A stretch of DNA of 40,000 nucleotides from an uncultured Lachnospiraceae bacterium (lineage in GTDB: Bacteria; Bacillota; Clostridia; Eubacteriales; Anaerofustaceae). This document shows, one piece after another, positions 36,150 to 40,000 of the stretch (its first letter is position 1; each line of letters opens with the position of its first letter). The notes below the pieces were generated by a model. That model saw nothing but the letters and a program-made list of their open reading frames with translations. It was not told where the DNA came from and made no database searches. The translations under genes and the position numbers were made by a program. The DNA lies in assembly GCA_964618075.1 (NCBI GenBank), contig CAZTZO010000007.1, positions 1 through 40,000 of the forward strand. The letters are read 5' to 3'.

Positions 36150-37367
36150 TTATGAACGGTAATCTCCGTTTATCTTTACGTAATCATATGTAAGGTCACA
36201 GCCCCACGCACCGGCTGAATATGTGCCGTTGTGCATATCCACAAGCACGGTTATCTCGTTTTCACTTAATATTTTCTTTGCCTTATCTTCGTCGAATGCC
36301 AGCGCACCGGAATTCTTGCATACGGCAATTTCTCCCGCCTTGCTCTTTAAAGCAATATCTATATTATCTATCGAAAAATCCCCTTCAGCATAACCAATGG
36401 CGCATATGGCTCTTCCCCAGTTTGCGTCGGAGCCGAATATGGCGGCTTTGAATAAGCTTGAGGATATAACGCTTTTGGAGATTTTACGTGCCGTTATTTT
36501 TGTGGGCGCATTGTTAACTTCGCAGGTTATAAGCTTCGTTGCACCTTCGCCGTCAAAGGCTATCATGCGCGACATATATAAAGTTACTTTATTCAGAGCC
36601 GCACAAAACACCTTGTAGCCGTCATCGTCTTCACTCTTCAATTCGTCATTTCCCGCTTCACCGTTTGCCAAAATCACTACGGAATCGTTCGTGGAGGTAT
36701 CTCCGTCAACACTGATTTGATTGAAGGTGTCTAAGATATCGTTTGAAAGAGACTTTTGAAGCAGCTTCGGGCTTATAGAAACGTCTGTGGTTATGAATAT
36801 GAGCATTGTAGCCATATTCGGGTTTATCATGCCGCTTCCCTTTCCGATAGAACCGATTCGGCAAGTCTTGCCTCCAAGCTCAAATTCCAGAGCTATTTCC
36901 TTTAAGACCGTATCGGTCGTCATGATAGCATGAGCCGCCTTGTCGCTTCCGTCCTTTGATAGCTTCTCAACTACAAGAGGAATACCAACCTTAAACGGCT
37001 CTATCGACAGCTCCGAGCCGATAACGCCGGTAGAAGCCACAACGATGTCCTCATTAGATAAGCCAAGATGCTCTGATAGTAAAGCGCATGTTTCTTCGGC
37101 AATATCCAGCCCGTTTGCATTGCAGGTATTTGCGTTGCCGCTGTTGCATATTATGGCTTGGGCATATCCATTTTCTATGTGCTTTTTTGTTATGTATATA
37201 GGCGCGCCCTTGACCTTGTTTTGTGTATACACTGCCGCTGCCGAACAGCTTTTATCGCTTAATATCAAAGCAAGATCCTCTTTTGAAGCGTTCTTTCTTA
37301 TACCGCAGTGAACCCCCGAAGCTTTAAATCCCTTTGGTGCGCTAACGCCTCCGTTTATCTGTTTCAT
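36150..37367 (-). CDS. argJ: Bifunctional ornithine acetyltransferase / N-acetylglutamate synthase
   Basis: GVSAPKGFKASGVHCGI is at the N-terminus. The autoprocessing region is PNMATMLIFITTD. The C-terminal CDLTYDYVKINGDYRS is typical of ArgJ. Confidence 0.95.
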   Translation of the reverse strand: MKQINGGVSAPKGFKASGVHCGIRKNASKEDLALILSDKSCSAAAVYTQNKVKGAPIYITKKHIENGYAQAIICNSGNANTCNANGLDIAEETCALLSEHLGLSNEDIVVASTGVIGSELSIEPFKVGIPLVVEKLSKDGSDKAAHAIMTTDTVLKEIALEFELGGKTCRIGSIGKGSGMINPNMATMLIFITTDVSISPKLLQKSLSNDILDTFNQISVDGDTSTNDSVVILANGEAGNDELKSEDDDGYKVFCAALNKVTLYMSRMIAFDGEGATKLITCEVNNAPTKITARKISKSVISSSLFKAAIFGSDANWGRAICAIGYAEGDFSIDNIDIALKSKAGEIAVCKNSGALAFDEDKAKKILSENEITVLVDMHNGTYSAGAWGCDLTYDYVKINGDYRS

Positions 37368-37407
37368 TTTAATTTACTCCGTATATTAAATTTATTTAGA
37401 CCTGTAT

Positions 37408-38340
37408 TTATATAACAAGTCCCTTTGTTTCTTCAATTCCCAGCATTATATTTGCGCACTGCAGCGCCGCTCCCGAGCTTCCCTTGCCAAGGTTATCGAA
37501 AAGTGAGGTGATTAGAACCATATCTGCTTTTGAGTACACGCTTAAAGACATACAGTCCCTTCCCGCAAACGTGTTTGCCGCCATAAAGCCGTCCTCGGGC
37601 AAGGTGTTCATGGGATTAACATTTATAAGCGATTCATCCTTATAGTACTCTAAAAGGTATTCCCGAACTTGTTCGGCGCAAGATACATTTTTTAAAAGAG
37701 GCAGAAACAGAGGCACGCTCACAAGCATTCCGCAGTAATAGTCGTCAACTACCGGAGTGAATAATACGCTGTTTTCAAGCTCGCAAATCTTCTGCATTTC
37801 GTTTAAGTGCTTGTGGGAAAGAGTAAGCCCATACATTCTCGGAGAAAACATTTTTTTCGTTTTCTCGTTTTCGTACTGCTGTATCATAGTCTTTCCGCCG
37901 CCCGAATATCCCGTAAGCGAGTTGACGCTTAAAAAGGCGTCCTTCGGGATTATACCGCCCTGCACGAGAGGAGCGACTATCGAGATAAACCCGCTGGCAT
38001 GACAGCCGGGGATACTCACTCTTGATGAATTTCTTATATCTTCTCTTTTCTTTATTTCGGGAAAACCGTATACCCAAGCCTCGTTTGTGCGGTGCGCCGT
38101 GGAGGTATCGCATATTTTTGCACCCTCAGGCGCAAGCGCTGCTATCTCCTTTGATGCTATATCCGGCAGACAAAGAATTGAAAGATCCGCTTTTGCCACC
38201 ATATCCAAACGAGCGCTTATATCCTTACGATTCTCGTCCGAAAGAGAAAGAAGACTCATATCGTTGCGCTTTTTTATCCTTTCAAATATCCTAAGCCCCG
38301 TTGTTCCCGAGGCTCCGTCGACAAATATATTGAAGCTCAT
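37408..38340 (-). CDS. argC: N-acetyl-gamma-glutamyl-phosphate reductase (short, uncommon form)
   Basis: Contains VDGASGTTGLRI (NAD binding) and the catalytic Cys context SIPGCHASGF. It is about 310 aa and is the first gene of argCJBD. The start is set at MSFNIF (38340), which has an AAGGAAG RBS. Confidence 0.9.
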   Translation of the reverse strand: MSFNIFVDGASGTTGLRIFERIKKRNDMSLLSLSDENRKDISARLDMVAKADLSILCLPDIASKEIAALAPEGAKICDTSTAHRTNEAWVYGFPEIKKREDIRNSSRVSIPGCHASGFISIVAPLVQGGIIPKDAFLSVNSLTGYSGGGKTMIQQYENEKTKKMFSPRMYGLTLSHKHLNEMQKICELENSVLFTPVVDDYYCGMLVSVPLFLPLLKNVSCAEQVREYLLEYYKDESLINVNPMNTLPEDGFMAANTFAGRDCMSLSVYSKADMVLITSLFDNLGKGSSGAALQCANIMLGIEETKGLVI

Positions 38341-38359
38341 GTTTCCGGCTTCCTTTCTT

Positions 38360-38525
38360 TTATTATGCATGTATAAATATACATCTCTTATGCAGCTTGG
38401 ATACGTCTCACAGTTTAGTCTTGTAAAGCAATAAATGGCTTTTTTACGAGATTTATCACTTTATGTATGTCTTATACATATTAATGCATTTATATAAAGA
38501 AGTCAACAATTGTATAAATATTAAT
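38360..38525. promoter_or_regulatory. Putative ArgR operators (ARG-box-like) upstream of argC
   Basis: A near-perfect palindrome TGTATAAATATACA at 38370-38383 fits TGNAT-W4-ATNCA; extended, it reads ATGTATA-AA-TATACAT. Weaker boxes are TACATATTAATGCA (38475-38488), TGCATTTATATAAA (38485-38498) and TGTATAAATATTAA (38511-38524). Confidence 0.45.
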
Positions 38526-38708
38526 ACGAAATTAACCAACATTAGGCTATTATGCCCTTTAAAACATGCTCATTTCTATTTTGTTTGTCTTTAAAAAAAA
38601 GTTATTTGCTTTATTATCAGGCAGTCATATAACTGTATTCACTTAAATCTTAATATATTATTAATTGTAATAAGCAGGTATTTCTGCTATAATGAAAAAA
38701 ATATCGAA

Positions 38709-39215
38709 ATGGTAGAAAAAATGGCGAAATCACGCAAAAAAATAAAACTGAAAAGTCCTAAAAAGCTGTTCGGCTTTTTTATTGTTTTACTTATTATAAT
38801 AGCATTGATTTTCGGAGGCGTTAAGCTTTTTAACGTCCTGTTTGTAGACTCCGTTATAAAGGATATCCAGACTCTTGAGAACCAGAAAGTCACGCTTATC
38901 GACAAGCAAATAAAACAGTATATGGGAGAGAACGAAACAAACGCAACTACGCTTTCTGCCGAAAACATCGTCACCTACAGGGTCATTTACAGATACCAGC
39001 TGCAAAACGGCACCATTAAAAACTACCCGGTCGACACGGGGCTCACCATAGAAGTCAGCGATACGGCGTATGCGACTGTCGTAAAGAACACCATAGTCAT
39101 TCCGACCGGCATATCTCAGAAGCAGGAGCTTAAGGTTACCGTCAAATACAAAAAAATAGACGACGTTGTCTACACTTATACAGTAGAGCCTATGACTGCG
39201 CCGGCAGCATCTTAG
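38709..39215 (+). CDS. Hypothetical membrane-anchored protein
   Basis: A basic N-terminus (KSRKKIKLKSPKK) is followed by one TM helix (LFGFFIVLLIIIALIFGGV) and a beta-rich extracytoplasmic domain. I recognise no family. An alternative start is MAKSRK at 38721. Confidence 0.6.
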   Translation: MVEKMAKSRKKIKLKSPKKLFGFFIVLLIIIALIFGGVKLFNVLFVDSVIKDIQTLENQKVTLIDKQIKQYMGENETNATTLSAENIVTYRVIYRYQLQNGTIKNYPVDTGLTIEVSDTAYATVVKNTIVIPTGISQKQELKVTVKYKKIDDVVYTYTVEPMTAPAAS

Positions 39216-39224
39216 TAAAAAAAT

Positions 39225-39257
39225 AAAAGCGCCTTGTAAGAAAAAAGGCGCTTTTTA
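39225..39257. terminator. Bidirectional rho-independent terminator
   Basis: AAAAGCGCC-ttgtaagaaaaaaa-GGCGCTTTT, with T-runs on both strands, between two convergent genes. Confidence 0.7.
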
Positions 39258-39262
39258 TGTAC

Positions 39263-39652
39263 TTATTTTTTAAACTGTTCCTTTGCTTCATTGATGGCGT
39301 TTCCGGCAATATCCTTTAAGCCTGCCGCTTTGTCTGAAATGTTTTCAGCCGTCTGCTGTGCTTCGCTCTTTACGTCCGCAAACTTATCGGCTGCCGCTTC
39401 ATACGTTTTTTCAACGCTCTCCCTTGCTTCGGCAAGCTTTTCACTCGCTATATCCTTTGTTCTGTCAAAGGTTTCGGTTGCGTCTTCCTTGCCCTTATTT
39501 ACCTTGTCCTCAAGCTTGTCGTATGTCTCGCTGATCTTGTCGCACGCATCGTCAAACACGTCGGATGCCTTTTCCTTGATGTTGTCTACGGCATCGGAAG
39601 CCTTATCAATAAAATCTCCCACTTTGTCTTTCAATTCTTCTTTATCCATCAT
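39263..39652 (-). CDS. Hypothetical highly charged alpha-helical repeat protein (YtxH/LEA/apolipoprotein-like character)
   Basis: 129 aa rich in D/E/K/A with recurring DK(A/I)SD/E-type segments (DKASDAVDNIKEKASDVFDDACDKISETYDKLEDKV). An AGGAG RBS is present; the second ATG (39649) has the better spacing. Confidence 0.6.
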   Translation of the reverse strand: MMDKEELKDKVGDFIDKASDAVDNIKEKASDVFDDACDKISETYDKLEDKVNKGKEDATETFDRTKDIASEKLAEARESVEKTYEAAADKFADVKSEAQQTAENISDKAAGLKDIAGNAINEAKEQFKK

Positions 39653-39755
39653 AGCTCCTTTTAAAGAAATTATATTTGTCTTTGCTTAAAGTATACCATA
39701 AATTAAATGCTTTTTTTAAATTTTCATATTATTATTTGATTAATCACACCTACTC

Positions 39756-40000
39756 TTAATACATGATAAGCTCTATAAGCTCGTCGTTTGTTAAATTCGC
39801 TATATAATCCCCTGCGTTTATATTTAAAAGGCGCTCTTTTATGTCCTTTTGATTAAACGGCACGTTTGAGAGGATACCTTCAAGCTGACGGATACTATCG
39901 TTTTCAAAGAAATCTCCGCAAAAGGAAATACCTTCTATTCTGTTATTTTTTACATTAAAGCCTGCTTCTATAATGCCCGCAGTAAACTTCTTTCTTTTAA
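39756..40000 (-). CDS. Lipoate-protein ligase A, C-terminal fragment (5' part outside window)
   Basis: My translation of the minus strand is ...KFTAGIIEAGFNVKNNRIEGISFCGDFFENDSIRQLEGILSNVPFNQKDIKERLLNINAGDYIANLTNDELIELIMY*. The GDFF...le..L.g pattern is typical of the LplA C-terminal accessory domain. This ORF is not in the track because it is open at the window edge. Confidence 0.65.
   Translation of the reverse strand, partial: KRKKFTAGIIEAGFNVKNNRIEGISFCGDFFENDSIRQLEGILSNVPFNQKDIKERLLNINAGDYIANLTNDELIELIMY

Overview
Low-to-moderate GC Firmicutes/Clostridia-type chromosome; this is my impression from gene order, CIRCE and protein sequences, with no database search. Most of the window is core housekeeping. 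It holds argG-argH and, about 25 kb away, argC-argJ-argB-argD, all on the minus strand and each preceded by ARG-box-like palindromes. It also holds the classic lepA-hemW-hrcA-grpE-dnaK-dnaJ block with a perfect CIRCE operator, plus dfx, pdp, degV/DUF1836, a gamma-carbonic anhydrase, a degenerate-GGDEF/EAL membrane protein, a GPH transporter, an M42 peptidase and a NUDIX hydrolase. The left 6.5 kb is visibly more AT-rich and looks accessory. It runs from a truncated tRNA-Met through a five-gene surface-glycan modification operon: SDR epimerase, a methyltransferase with a 42-bp tandem-repeat coiled-coil tail, two GT2 glycosyltransferases, and an acyltransferase-3 broken by an in-frame TAA. That operon is headed by two divergently transcribed ribbon-helix-helix genes, one absent from the ORF track, whose back-to-back consensus promoters are covered by ATGAAC repeats. 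Other points worth a second look are listed here:
- A catalytically degenerate PurD paralog is translationally coupled to a tandem MerR-like protein just upstream of lepA.
- A single operon joins xpaC-telA with lemA-TPM.
- A DUF5131 (Gp37/Gp68) gene is frameshifted at a homopolymer.
- An unannotated 53-aa ORF lies at 12370-12531.
- A GACTGAAAT repeat set surrounds the argD stop codon and terminator.

I found no CRISPR array, IS element, integrase, rRNA or recognisable riboswitch. I cannot claim a convincingly novel multi-gene system. The RHH switch, the PurD-like/MerR-like pair and the four-gene envelope operon are the best candidates. All family calls rest on motif recognition by eye, with no HMM or BLAST run.
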